Under the pieces are notes generated by a model that made no database searches, was not told the origin of the DNA, and worked only from the letters and a program-made list of their open reading frames with translations. A DNA stretch of 64,000 bases. Source: Mobula birostris. Its lineage: Eukaryota. Shown here piece by piece: positions 1 through 13,605 of this stretch. Numbering within the stretch: the first letter of the stretch is position 1; each line of letters opens with the position of its first letter. The DNA lies in contig NC_092384.1 of NCBI RefSeq assembly GCF_030028105.1, positions 3,825,665 to 3,889,664 of the forward strand, read 5' to 3'. Position numbers and translations under genes: made by a program.

Positions 1-659
1 CTGCAATATAACAAGCAGATTTAGAAATGCCAATCGTCTTGCAGTAATGTCTAATCCCATTGCGCTTTGATTTATTTAAATAATTTCGGAATGTTGATAT
101 TGCATGCGCATTTGTGTACAGGATTCGGGCTGTAAGCAATTTATGAGCAAGAGAGAATAGAAATCGGGCAAGTGCAAGCGGAGTAGACATTAGTTTGAGT
201 GCGCCAGTGTTTAAAGAGGCTTTAGCTCATTAGTCTTGGGCGAACTAACGTATCTGGTGAGTTTAGAAACGGAGAATGTAGAAACTTACAGCATATTACA
301 GGTCCTTCTGCCCACAATGTTGTGCCGACCATTTAACAGTCTAGAAACTGCCTGGACTTTCCCTGGCGCATTGCTCTCTATCTTCCTAAGCTTCATGCAC
401 ATATCTAAAAGGCTGTTAAAATGCCCTATTTTAGCCGCGTCCATCACTGTGGCCGGCAGTACATTCCACGCACACACCTTTCTCTCTGTGTGAAATACTT
501 AGCCTGGGCATTTCCACGGGACCTGTTTCCAAGCACCTTAAAACTATGCTTCATCGTGTTAGCCCTTTCAGGCCTGGGAAAAGACCTTTGGCTATTCACG
601 ATCAATACCCCTCATCATTTTTTTTCTTCTTATTTGTTCATTCCTCCACGGTTAGGACA

Positions 660-3510
660 TAGTAGTGCAATGGGAATGGCTCCAGGGGCAGTGTTTTACA
701 TTGTGTTTGGGATGTAGGAGGTCTTGGATACCCACAGTCTCGCGGATGAACATATGGGCACCAGGTGCACCGAGTTGCTGAGAAAACGTATTAAGGAACT
801 GGAACTGCAACTCTGTGACGTTCAAATCACACTGAAGAATGAGGAGCTGTTAGATAGGAACTACAGGGAGGAAGTCACTTCTATGTTGCAGGAGTCAGGG
901 AACTGGACACTGTTAAGAGAAGGAAGACAAATGAACAACCAATGCATAGTAAGCCTGCGGCCGTTTTTTTTCCCCCCAATAATAAGTACACATATTCAAA
1001 TACTGTTAAAGGCAACGTCGGCTAGGAGTGAGCCACAGTGACCGGGTCTCTGGCACTAGCTCTGCTGTTGTATCTCAGAAGAACAGAGAGGTGAACAGGA
1101 CTGCAGTGCTGATAGGAGATCCCACAGTCAGAGAGGCAGAGAGGCGATGCTGTTGGTGTGTTGGAGACACCCGGAATGCATGTTGCCTCTTCACTGACAT
1201 GATCATCGATGTCTGAGATCGGGCCCATGGCATTCTCAAGGACGACTGCGCGGAGCCAGATGTCTTGGAGCACATTGGCACCAATAAGATAGATGACAAA
1301 GTCAGGCGGTCCAGAGGTGCAAATTTAGGGAATTGGGTAGAACGCTGAAAACAGGACCTCCCAGAAAGTGATCTCTGAATTGCTGCCTGTGCCACGTGCA
1401 AGTGAGAATAAAAATAGGACGATTTGGCAGGTGAATGTTGTGGCTAAGGAACTGGTGCAGGGAATATGGGTTCAGACTTATGGTCATTGGAATCTCTTCT
1501 GGGGTAAAGGGACAGGTTACACATGAAACCAAGGGGTCCCATAATCTTGCGGGTAGGCTAGTTAGAGTTGATCTGGTGTAGTAAGGATGCGGTCTACAAG
1601 TCACAACGGGAGAAGGAAAATGCAACCAGAAGTTAAATGTTGCAAGAGTCATGGAGGATTTCAATATGCAGGTAAATCGGGAAAATAAGTTTGGTTCTGG
1701 AATCCAAGAAAGGAAATTTCTAGGAAATCTACGAGGTGGCTTTTTAAAGCAACTAGCTATTAACCATTTCGAGCAACTAACAGGAAAATTAACTATTCTG
1801 GACTGGGGGTTGTGCAGTTAACCGGAATGATGAGAGAGCTTAAGGTAAAAGTACTCCTGTTGGACAGCTGTTATAATATACCAGAATTCACGCTGAAAGC
1901 TAAGCTAAAGTCAAAGGCATTGCAAGGCAATTACTGAGGCATGAGAGAGCAGTTGGTCAAAATCATTGGAAAAGCAAACTGGCAGGAATGACGGCTGAGC
2001 AGTAAAGATGAAATGCCTGGAAGCAAATTGGAAAGTACAGGATATATATCCCAAAGTGGAAGAATCATTCTGAAGGCAAAATGGCACAACTATGGCTAAC
2101 AAGAGAAGGCAGAGATAAAATCCAAACGGAGGTCAAACAATGATAATCACTGGGTAATTAGGAAGATTGGGAAACATTTTAAAAGCAGCAGGAGGCTACT
2201 AAGAGGTAAGCAGGCTAATACTATTAATGAGGATATTTTAAGTTTCTTCAATTGCAGAATTTGAAAAACAGAATGACTATGTGATCAAACAGGCCGGAGC
2301 TAGCATGTTTTCCTCAAGGGAAACACTTGTCTGCCAAATCTGTTATGACTTTTTTGAAGAAGTAACAAGTTGGAAAAAGAAAGAAGACTCGGTTGATGCT
2401 GGGTACTTCGATTGCTAGAATGGCTTTGACTGCACCACACATGATTCTGCTGAACAATTTAAGACTCCATGTTAATACAGGAAATATACTAGCATGGATA
2501 AAGTAGTGGTTAATCGGCAGGAGAAAAAGAGTGGAACAAAGGGAACCATTTCTGGTTGACTACGGTTGACTACTGGTGTTTCACAGGGGTCTCTATTGGG
2601 GCCACATTTTGTACTTTATATGTCAATGATTTCGGTGACAGAATTGATGGCTTTGGTTCAAGATTTGCCGACGATATGAAGATACGCATAAGGGCGAGTT
2701 GTTTTGTGGAAGTGGAGGGGCTACAGAAGGACGTAAGTAGATTATGAGAATGGGCAAAGAAGGAGAAGGTGGTATACAGTGTCAGCAAAATGTACAGTCA
2801 TCCACTTGGTTAAAAGAAATAAAAGAATGAGTATTTTCTAAGTAGAGAATAAATCAAAAAAGAAAAAACTGAGGGGTAGAGCGACTTGGGAGTCCCTAAT
2901 AGTTAATTTGCAGGTAGAGTCTGCGGTGAGCAAAGCAATTTCAATGTTGGCATTCATCCCAAGAGGAGGGGATAAAAAAAAAAACGAGGATATAATATTG
3001 AGACTTTATATAGTACTGACGTGACCTCTGTTGGTGTATTATGACCATGAATGGGCCCTTTATCATAGAAAGACTGTGCTATGACTGGAAAAGTGTTCCA
3101 AGGAAGTTCAGCACAATGTTTGCAGGATTGAACGGCCTGTTGTATGAACAGCAGTTGATGGCGCTGGGCCTATATTCACTACAACTTATTGAAAATGATC
3201 GAATGGTGAAAGGGCTTGATCGAGTGGATATGGATAGCATGTTTCCGTTGGTTGGAGAGCCTAAGGCGAAAGGTCACAGGGTATTTTTAGAACAGATGTG
3301 AGGAGGGAATTTCTTCACCCAAAGAGTAGTGAACCTATGGAGTTCGTTGACACAGGTGGTGCTGGAGACCAAATGTTTACCTATATTTAAGGCAGAGTTT
3401 AATAGTCTTTTATTGGTCAATGGATGAATGGAAACAGGAAGAAGCAGGTGATTGGGGCTGAGAGGCCTAATAACCGAGTTCTGTTCCTAAATCTTATGGT
3501 CTTATGCATT
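660..3510 (+). mobile_element. Degraded near-full-length CR1-type LINE with ORF1 (zinc-finger/coiled coil plus SGNH-esterase-like region) and ORF2 remnants
   Basis: ORF1-like peptides RCTELLRKRIKELELQL and VLIGDPTVREAERR..CCL, HIGTN. RT-like NDFGDRIDGFGSRFADDMK at 2556-2747. The 3' tail ends in cttatggtcttatg. Many stops and frameshifts. Confidence 0.85.
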
Positions 3511-4410
3511 GATTGTTGAGTTCGTCAAACATTTGGTATGTGCTAGTTAATTATACTTTCCACCTTGCAGAAACGACTGATTTGCCTTTAATTTTCCTTT
3601 TGGAGGATTAATAACAATATTGATTTCATGTCCATTGTGGCGCAACAACGCCATAATTTGCCTCTCTTATCATTTTGCCGTTAATTTAGGTTTGAAATAT
3701 CAGTGTGAAATATCTTGCAGCTGGTTTATTTCTAAACCGTTACAATTTATAACAGTATGGATTGTGTTACCCCACTAATTTGTGGCGACCATTTGTAGAT
3801 AAACAAAATAGCTGGCAGCACATTTGAAAAAATATCATTTATTTCAATAGAAAAGGATTACATGTAAATTGAAAGCTATTTCCAATCTGTTTGAGTAATC
3901 ATTTTAATTTCTTTTCGAGTGGTTGGCGTCACGGACAATGTATTAATTGTCAAACCATAGATGCTTCTGAACTGTAGAAGAAATTAAAAGCTTTCTGGGG
4001 TGGAGATACATATAGACCAGGTTTCCTTTCCTGAAAGCTGGTAGATTTGATTTAACATTAATGAGCTTCAATTTGCTACATTCAAGTATATTTAATTAAA
4101 ATTGTTGCGGAAAAAAAATTCTCAGGAGCAGCAGACAGAATAGATCAGGCCGACTCAGAGAGTTGTTTCAGATTAGATTAATCCCTATTTATCCAAACAG
4201 TCTTAAATGCTTACACAATTAGAATTTAAATTGATTGAATTAATCTCTATAAACAGCATTCCAGGCAAGTTTCTTCCTGTGCCTCGGAACATGTGAAAAT
4301 AAGATACCAAAGAATCAATTATAATCACTGCTGTAAATGGTGATTTCAAATTTCGGCTATTGCACCAAAGGCCCTTTCTTTCTTTCTCTCTTTCTTTCTT
4401 TCTTTCTTTT

Positions 4411-4555
4411 TGCTTTCAGTTAGTCCTGACGAAGGGTCACGGCCCGAAACGTCGACTTTACCTCTTCCTAGAGATGCTGCCTAGCTGCTGCGTTCACCAG
4501 CAACTTTTATGTGTGTTGCTTGGAATTCGAGCATCTGCAGCTTTCCTCCTGTTTG
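4411..4555 (+). mobile_element. Penelope-like element terminal repeat fragment, following a (TCTT)n microsatellite
   Basis: ttagtcctgacgaagggtcacggcccgaaacgtcgac...gatgctgcctagctgctgcgttcaccagc...gcatctgcag matches the PLE-derived end I recognise as abundant in elasmobranchs (from recall). It contains a hammerhead core. Confidence 0.7.
4422..4457 (+). ncRNA. Minimal type I hammerhead ribozyme motif (Penelope-associated)
   Basis: AGTC(4422-25) | CTGACGA(4426-32) | A | GGG..CCC stem II (4434-45) | GAAA(4446-49) | CG | TC (cleavage after C4453) | GACT(4454-57). Stem I AGTC/GACT is complementary. Stem III is reduced to the palindrome ACGT. Confidence 0.7.
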
Positions 4556-5204
4556 CGTTAAGAACCTAAATTAGACGCATGGACTTTTCTGCCATATTAA
4601 ACCGTGGCGTTCTCTCTTCATATATGCTCTGATACTGAAGGAACACATTCTCTCAGAATACTTCGGCTGGTAACGAATAAATGACATGCATCCCAGACAT
4701 GTAACAGTGAAAGTCCATCTCCCATTGTAGGAAATTTACGCTCCTCACATCTGCGCACAGTGTCTACATGCTGCAGTGTCCCAAATATGAAGCTCAATTC
4801 GGAATACAAGTAGCTGGAAAGCAGCCTGCTACTGATTAAATATTATCACTTCCAAATCGGAATCAGAATTAGATTCAGGTTCAATATTACTGGCATATGC
4901 CGAGAATTTATTGTTTTGAGGCAGCATTGCGTTGCAATAGATAATAAATGAAAAAAAATAAACACTAATTAAATAGTGCAACAAGAGAGCAAACATAGGG
5001 AGGCAGTGAACATGAGGTCCGTGTCCATTCAGAAATATGGAACAGCAAAAACGTTAAGTGTGTCTGTCAAGTCACTTAAACATTCCCGTTGACGGTAGCA
5101 ATAAGACGTTGGAATGCCCTGTGTGATCCGGATACTTAATGATCGATTCTGTTTCTCTGTGGAAACGACTTTTGAAGATGTGTCGATACTGGAGAGGCTC
5201 GTGG

Positions 5205-8200
5205 CCATCAGACAATCGACCATAAGACACAGGAACAGAATTAGGCCATTCAGCCCATCGCGTCTGCTCTGCCATCCCATAATGGCAGATCCCGCATCCC
5301 ACTCATACACATGCCCCCTCGCCATATCCTTTGATGTCGTAACCGATCAGGAATCGATCACTCCGCGATAAATACTGTATATCGGCGGTGTTGGCCTCCA
5401 CTGCAGTCTGTGCAGAATATTCCACAGATTTACCAGTCTTTGGCAAAACAATCCTTCCTTACGTGTGTTCTAAAATTTCACCCCCAGTTTTGAGACTGTG
5501 CCCCCTAGCTCTGGATACCCCCACCATGGGAAACGCTCTCTCCAGATCCACCATACCTAGTCCTTTCAACATTAAGGAGGTTTCAATGAGATCCCAAGTC
5601 AGTCTTCTACATTCCGCTGAGTACAGGTCCAAAGCTACCAAACACTCCTGATATTTAAATCACTTAATTCCTGGAATAATCCTGTACTCTTTCCAATGAC
5701 AACATATCCTTACCGAGATATGGGGCCAAAATTGGATTTCCCTTGATACAAATGTCAACATTGCAATTATCTTCTTTACCACAGACTCTACCTGTAAATA
5801 TACCTTCTGGGAGTCTTGCACGAAATCTCCTAAGTCCTTCCGCCACTCCGATGAGTGAAACTTCTCCGTATTTAGATAATAGTCCACATTGTTGTTTCTT
5901 TTACCAAAATGCATTATCATACTTTTCTCAACACTGTATTCCACCTGCCATTTTGCCCATTCTTCTAATCTGTCGAAGTCTTGCTGCATCCGCATTGCTT
6001 CTTCAGCACCACCTAATCCTCCATGCATCTTTGTATCATCCGAAACCTGTCACAAAGCCAACAATTCTATTATCCAGATCAATGATAAATATTGTGAAAA
6101 GTAGTGGTCCTAATACTGACCCTTGAGGAAAACCAGAAAAAAACCCCTTTTATTCCTACTCCTGCCTCCTAACTCTCAGCCATTCCTTTAGCAATGCCAG
6201 TATCATTCGGTAAGCCATAGGATATTGTTAGGTAGCGTCAAGTTTGGCAAGTTATCAAATGCCTTCTGAAAATCCCAGTAAATGTCATTCACTGCCTCTC
6301 CTTTCTCCACTCTGCTTATTATATCCTAGAAGGATTACTACAGGTTTGTCAGGTAAAATTTCCCTTTATAGAACCCCTACCAACTTCGACTTATTTTATC
6401 TTTGGTCTCCAAGTACCTCAAACCCTCATCCTTAATAGCAGACTCTAAACATTTCCCAACAAGTGCGGTTAGGCTAACAGGCGTATAATTTTCATTATTT
6501 TGCATTCCTCCATCCTTAAGGGATTGGATAACATTATCAATCTTTCAGTCCTCCGGGATCATGCCAGAATCAAGTGATTCTTGAACGATTACTAGCAACG
6601 CATCCGTTATGTCTTCAGCAACCTCTCTCAGGACTCTGGGACTTACCCACCATGACACCTTTCAGACTCCCTCGCACGTTTTAACTTTGTAATAGCATTG
6701 GCACTCACTCCTGCTCCCTGACAATCACAGCCCTCTGCCAGACAGTTAGTGTCTTCCACAGTGAAAAATACCCATTCGTTCATCTGCGATTTCGTTGCCC
6801 GCAATACGATCTCACCAACATCATTTTCAGTGGCCCAACATCAACTCTTAGCTACCTGTTACCATTATATAACCGAAAAAAACAATTGGTATCCTGCTTT
6901 ATGTATCATACGGGATTGGGGGAGAGGAGCTGTCGCTGGAAGCGGACCCAAATGCAAGACACAGGCACTGAAGTACAAGGATCTGGACACGACTAGAGAC
7001 TAGAGTTAGGGACGTGACTGGATGCAGAGAAGGAGCTGAGACAAGAACACAGACTTGGGATAGGACATTGACGAGGCAAGAGGAACCAGGAATAGTAGCC
7101 TGAGCCTGGACAAGGACCCAGAACCTGGGTCTTGACGCGGACTCGGACCCCGAAAATAAGCGAGGACATGAATTGGTTACAGGACTGGAAATGGCTTGTG
7201 TTCTTCATGGCTTGTGTACTTCATGAGTGGGCAATTCGAGGCGAGGACAAGAAGAGGCTTGTGCTTGGACTCCGAGCCAAAGACTGGACAAGGACCCAAA
7301 ACCTGGGTCTTGACCCGAACTCGGACTCCGGAACTAGGCGAAGACATGATGTCGTCTTAGGACACAGGACTAGGCGAGGCTACAGGACAGAACCAGCGAC
7401 TCCTGGGCAAGACGAGAGAACTCCAGTACAGGACGAGGGAACTCCAGCACAGTACAAAGCACAAGGACAGGACGAGGCACATGGAAAGGACGAGAACACA
7501 AAGCCTTGACTTGTACAGGATGAAGTTCTTGGACGTGGCTTGGACAGGACGAGGCACTCTTGGGCTAGGCCAGGTACAAGGCCAGGACGAGACCCCGAAG
7601 TCTTGTCTTGGTCTTGGGAGGCAGGATCGCAGAGCCTTGGTCGAGGGAGACAGGAACGCAGAGCCTTGGACGAGGAAGAATAGGAACATAGGTCACAGAC
7701 CCGTGACCTCTCCTTGGGAACAGGACGTAGATCCGGGACTCATGCACAGAATGCTGAATACGACGACACAGTTCCCAACACTAAGTAGCACGAAACGGCC
7801 AGACATACCTAGCGAAGGCGTGGACACAGATACGGTTTCCAACACAAGGCAGCGGCAAACAGCCGGACCTTACTAGCGAAGGCGTGGACACAGAAACAGT
7901 TCCAAGCAATGAAAGACAGTTCCTTATGTAGGCACAGCAAGGCTCCAGCCTTGCTTTGGCGGTAGAACCTGACAGCGATACAGGCAAGGACGCAGGCGAG
8001 GTTGCAGGCAAGTCTACAGGCCAAGGGGTCAGGCAAAGGTTGCAGGCAAGGCTTCAGGCAGAGGTTGCAGGCAAGGATTCAGGCAGTTACTGCAGGCAAG
8101 GCTTCAGGCAGAGGCTTCAGGCGGGGTTGCAGGCAAGTCTTCAGTCAGAAGGTGAAAGGAACGGAAGGGGACAGTCCATCAAATGAAGCTGAACTCAGGA

Positions 8201-10330
8201 GCTATTTGTGTAGCCAGCCCAAAATCAGAATCATGTGCCTCAATTAAGGCACACAACAGGACAAGGGAAAACTGGAAAACCAGGAATACGGATCTATCGA
8301 CCGGAACGTGAACCAGAATGCAGACTTCACAGACAGGACCATGGCATTATATTATTGTCTAGTGGGCCCTGATAAGTTAACTTTACACTTTTTATAGCAT
8401 TTTATTGTCTTTTGTTGGATTTTAAAAGTTTCCCAATCATCCAACTTTCCACTCACCCTTGTTACCTTATATGCCCTTTCCCTGGGTTTATGCAGTCCTT
8501 AACTTCCTTTGTCAGCCACGCTTGTCTACATTTACCAGTTGAGAACTTCTTGCTCTGTGAGAAATGTCCATCCTGTGCTTTGTGAACTTCAGCCATCTCT
8601 AATATGGGTCATCCCGGCTAGTATCCTCCTGTGTACATTAAGCTCCCTAATAAGATCTGGGTTGTAATACAACAACCAATCTAGGATGGCCTTTCCCGAG
8701 TAGGATCAAGCACAAGCTGCTCTAGGAAGCCATCTCGTAGACATTCATAAATTCCCTTTCTTGCGATCCGGGTCCAACATGATTTTCCCAATTCCTTGCA
8801 TATTAAAGTCCCAAATTACAAATGTGTCATCTCTTATTACACATCTTTTCAATCTCCCTTTGCAATCTCAACTCCACATATTAGCTACTATCTGAGGGCC
8901 TATATAAGATTCCCATGTTGCTTTGTTTTAACCTTTATAGTCTCTTAACTCCCACTACAACGTTTCATCAGTCACTGATCCGATGTCACCTCTTTCTGAA
9001 AATGTAATACCATCTCTTATCAACAGAGCTCACCAACCGCTTATGTCTTCCTGACTGTCTTGTCGATGTAAATTATATCCTCTGATGTTAACCTCCCAAC
9101 TATGGGTTTCATTCAGCCTTGTCGCAGTGATGCTCACAACGTTCTACAGACCAATCATCAAGTGCGCCACAGATTCGTCCACGTTATTCCAAATGTTACG
9201 CACATTTAAATACAGGAACTTCAGTCCTGCATTGTTAATCCTTTTGAATTTAGCCTCTGTGGTACAATGTAACTCTTTGCTCTGTCTACATTTGCACCTA
9301 ATCATTGGCCTGTCCTTACTTATATCCATGTTATGTCCATCATCTACTTCTAAACCTGCTGGCTGATCCACGGCTTAATGATATCCGTTCCCACCCTACT
9401 GACAAAATAATTTAAACCTCTCCCAACAGCTAGTAAACTTGCACGTGGGAATATTGGTTACCGTCGGATCAGGTGCAAACCATCCCTTTTGTAAGATGCC
9501 ACCTGTCCTAGAGGAGGTGCCAGTTATCCAGAAAGCTGAATCGCCTGCTCCAATTATTCAGCCACTCGTTTATAGGTCACTTCATTCTATTCCTACCCTC
9601 ACAGTCGCGTGGTACAGGGAGCAATCCCGAGATTACTACATTTGATGTCCTGCTTCTCAGCTACCTTCCTAACACCCTGTGTTCTTTTTCTCAGCAACCC
9701 ATCTCTTTTTCTACCTACGTCGTTGGTACTAACGTGTACAAGGACTTCAGGCTGTTCACCCTCCCTTACCAGGATATTTTGGACCTGTGCAAAAACATTG
9801 CGGACCCTAGTACCTGGGAGGTAATCTGTGTTTCATTTTCGCATCCACAGAATCGCCTATTTGCCTTCCTGACTATAAACTGTCCTATTACTGCTGCAAC
9901 CCTTTCCAGTTCCATAAACGTTTGACTCACGGGACCAGAATCTGTACCAGAGGCACTGCAGCTGTTGCTTCCCCGCTCCAACAGTACTCCGTATCGAGTG
10001 GTTATTGTTGAGAGGGACGGCCACGGCGGTGTTCTCCACTATCTGACGGTCTCCCTTCCCATTCCTGACCGTCACCCATTTATATGTCTCATGTAGCCTT
10101 GGAGAGTCTACTTCCCTCTAGATCCTGTTTATCACCGCTTCACTTTCCCTAACAAGTCGAAGGTCATGGAGCTGCAGTTCCAGTGCCCTAACAAGGTCTC
10201 TAAGGAGTTGTGTCTCGATGCAACCGGTGCAGATGTGGCCACTGGGGAGGCTGGTAGTCTGCTGGAGATCCCATATATGAGACCCAGAATAGGACACCGG
10301 CTCGGTACACGTACTTCCTATTCTGTTCAG
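5205..10330 (-). mobile_element. Degraded CR1-type LINE(s), interrupted by a solo LTR at 6904-8346
   Basis: Reverse 3' tail (gaccataagac..aggccattcagccc) at ~5215. RT C-terminal peptides DFDRLEEWAKWQVEYSVEK at 5660-6028. Endonuclease start LKFLYLNVRNIWNNVDE at 9144-9371. ORF1 region near 9850-10300. Confidence 0.85.
6904..8346 (-). mobile_element. Solo LTR (~1.44 kb) with internal short tandem repeats
   Basis: Degenerate TGTCA..TGACA termini (tatcat at 6904, ggaccatggca ending 8346). Flanks are TTATG (left) and TTATA (right); the paralogous copy has TTATA on its left flank at 51160-51164, consistent with a 5-bp TSD. It has 11-12 bp gcaggcaag/ttcaggcaga repeats at ~7980-8145. Confidence 0.8.
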
Positions 10331-10479
10331 TGTTCATTCAGAATAAGTAATAAAAAAATCATGGAGCTCATTGCATTTGCAAATTCCTGCAGCTGTTATC
10401 GATCCTACACTGTGCCTCCTCAATACCAGCAGGTGATGCAATCAGATAGCGTGGTCTTCACGGTGCATTTGTAGAAACG

Positions 10480-10900
10480 TCCGAAAGCTATTTTTTGTGA
10501 TCTGCCAAGTCTCTACAAACTCATAATGACATATAGCGTCCGCTATGCCTTCTGTGCAGTTGCATCAAGATGTTACTTCCAGGATACATCTTCAGAGACG
10601 TGGACACGCAGGAATTAAACATACTAAACATTTCCACTGCTGAATCTTTAATGTTGCGTATGTGTTTCCTCGACTTCACCTTTCTGAAAACCACAACAAA
10701 TTCCTTGGTCTTAGTGTCATTAAGTGCAAGTTTGTTGTTGCTACACCACTGAAGAAACTGATCTATCTCACTCCTGTATACCTCCCCTTCACCATCTAAC
10801 AATAGCTGTGCTTAGTCCCACGGTCATAATTGCAGAACGGGACAGTACAGCACTGGACTCTACATGGATCCTTAATGTGTGCCAGTGTTAACGGTCAGTG
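10480..10900 (-). mobile_element. Rex1/Babar-like LINE RT C-terminal fragment
   Basis: ORF 10521-10802 reads GEVYRSEIDQFLQWCSNNKLALNDTKTKEFVVVFRK, typical of the end of this RT clade. Confidence 0.65.
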
Positions 10901-11375
10901 ATAAGTATTTTCGATCTACACTGAATGTGGTGATATGATGAGTAAGTGAAGAGTCCACTTGCAGAAGGACATGCAGAGTTCCAGGTGCTAGAACTTGTTG
11001 ACTAGTACTTTGAATATGATGTGGTTGTATTCTGATAAGTAAACAATAAACAGCAAGCTAACGTAGGTATTTCTAATGTTCAGATGATCCAAGGCCAAAC
11101 TAGTGATAATAGATTAATTGTAGACATATTGAGGCAATTGGCAAATTTCAGCGCGTCGTTCACCATGCTAAGGAAGGAATTGGTTCAGGCCATCACCAAA
11201 CTCTCATAGCACTTCAGCCCGTTAGGTTTGAGTACAACTGGGAGATATTCGTTGAGTCAACTGACCCTGCCCTTCATGGGCGCTCTAATGATCATCGACA
11301 TTTTGAAGTGGTCCCCATCCTGCGACAGTAGCGTTAAGAAAGATGCCTTGGAACATTCCAGCCAAAGGTGATATA

Positions 11376-11590
11376 CAGTGGCATGCAAAAATTTGGGTAC
11401 CCACTGCAATTTTTTTCTTATTGTCAATAGCTAAGCGAGTAAAAGATGAACTGGTTTCTAAACGGCATAAAGTTAAACATGACACATTTCTTTAGTACTT
11501 TAAGCAAGAAAACTGTTTTTTTTTCCATATATTTAACAGTTTAAAAATAATAAAAAATGAAAAGACCCGAAGCAACACTTTGGGCACAAG
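11376..11590 (+). mobile_element. Tc1 transposon 5' terminal fragment
   Basis: TA|CAGTGGCATGCAAAAATTTGGG TIR, the same family as the TIR ending at 35955. The paralogous fragment is at ~54858-55075. Confidence 0.8.
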
Positions 11591-11629
11591 GACTCCCAAG
11601 TCCACTTGCATTTCTGCATTTTGAATTAG

Positions 11630-13605
11630 ATCCCCATCTATTGTATTTCATTTGTCACTTCTTTGCCCTTTCCTCTAAACTATCTAAGTCCTTTGCAGGC
11701 TCCCTGTTTCCTCAACACTACCGGCACCTCCACCAATCTTTGTATCATCGGCAAATTTAGCGACAAATCCAATAATCCCATCGTCCACATCATTGCAATC
11801 CATCGTGAAAAGCAGCGTTCCCAGCACCGACCGCTGTGGAACTCCACTGGAAACCGTGAACAGCGAGAGCAAGATCCCTTTATTCCCACTCTCTGTTTTC
11901 TGCCGATTAGCCAATGATCCACCCATGCTAGCAACTCTCCTTTTATTCGATGGGCTCTATCTTACTAAACAGCCTCATGTGCGGAACCTGGTCAAAGGCC
12001 TTCTGAAAATCCTAGTACACCACGGGTACTGCACCTCCTTTGTCTACGCTACCTGTAATTTCTTCTCAACACTACAGTATGTTAGTCAGCAGGAAATTCC
12101 TTTCAAGAAATCATGCTAGCTTTGGCCTAACTTGTAATGTGCCTCCAGGTGCTCCGTAGTCTCATCCCCAACAATCAAATTCAACAACTTCCAAAGCACT
12201 AACTGGTCTATAATTTCCTTTCTGCTGTCATACACCTTTCAAAATAATAGCGCAGTAACTTTTTCCAGTCATGCGGTATTATGCCTGAATCTATCGATTC
12301 TTCAAAGATCTTATTAATGCCTCAGCAATCTCTGCAGCTAGTTCCTTTTGAACCCAAGTGTGAATTCCAAAAGGTCCAGGAGACTTGTCAACGGTCAGAC
12401 CCTGAAGCGTCCTGAGCACATACTCAGTCGCACTTTTCACTGCACATACTTCACTTACCTGACACCCTTGAATGTCCGGTATTCTGCAGATGTCTACCAC
12501 TGTGACAAATGATACAAAATACGCATTCAGTTCCTCTGCATTCTCTGCGTCTCTCATTAAAATATCTGTAGCGTCAAAAATACTTCGACTCATAAAAACA
12601 AGCATCACTTAAGCTTTGTTAACCACACTATCGTCCTGAAACACCTCACCTTTATCTGGGTAAAAGTAGACACCTTGTCAGCCCTGTGGATTTATCCACC
12701 CAATTTGGCTTGGCATTTCCAGATCTCCTCGTTGTTTATCTATTCATGAGCACATCGTTTTAAAGACCCATTTGTTCTTTGCTGTCTGTATATTAGATAC
12801 AATAGAATAGTACAGCACAGTACAGGTCCCTTGGCCCACAACGTTATGCCAACCCTCAAACCTTGCCTCCCATATAACCCCCCACCTTAAATTCCTCCAT
12901 ATACCTGCCTGGTACTCTCTTAAATTTCACTAATATATCTGCCTCCACCACTTACTTAGGCAGTGCATTCCACGCACCAACCACTCTCTGAGTAAAAATA
13001 CTTCCTCTAATATACCCCTTGAACTTCCCATCCCTTACCTTAAAGCCATTTCTTCCTGTATTGAGCAGTTGTGCCCTGGGGAAGAGGCGCTGCCTTTCCA
13101 CTTTATCTATTCATCTCAATATCTTATTTACCTCTATCACGTCTCCTCTCATCCTCGTTCTCTCGAAGGAGTAAAGCCCGAACTCCATTAATCTCTGATT
13201 CTAAGCCATACTCTCTAAACCAGGCAGCCTTCTGATAAATCTCCTCCGTACCCTTTCTAATGCTTCCAGATCCTTCCTATAGTTAGGCGACCAGAACAGG
13301 ACACAGTACTCCAAGTGTGGCCTAACCAGAGTTTTATAGAACTGCATCATTACCTCGCGACACTTAAGCTCTATCCCTCGGCTAATGAAACCTAACACCC
13401 CATAAGCTTTCTTAACTACCCTATCTACCTGTGCGGCAACTTTCAGGGATCTGTGGACATGCACCCCAGGCCCCTCTGCTCCTCCACACTTCCAACTATG
13501 CTGTCATTTACTTTGTACTCTGCTGTGGAGTTGTTCTTCCAAAGTGTACCACCTCACACTCTCTGGGTTGAACTCCATCTGCCACTTCTCAGCCCACTTC
13601 TGCAT
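11630..13605 (-). mobile_element. Two CR1-type LINE fragments (about 11630-12640 and 12795-13605)
   Basis: Peptides SGVPQRSVLGTLLF..FVAKFADDTKIGG (11684-11926) and LKVAAQVDRVVKKAYGVLGFISRGIE..LVRPHLEYC (13201-13464). Confidence 0.85.

Noticed and set aside
3500-5200. Hidden exons in unique sequence conserved between the duplicates (3500-5200 versus 44530-46300)
   Set aside because: Short ORFs are not preserved in frame between the copies, similarity is no higher than in neighbouring repeats, and no motif was recognised.
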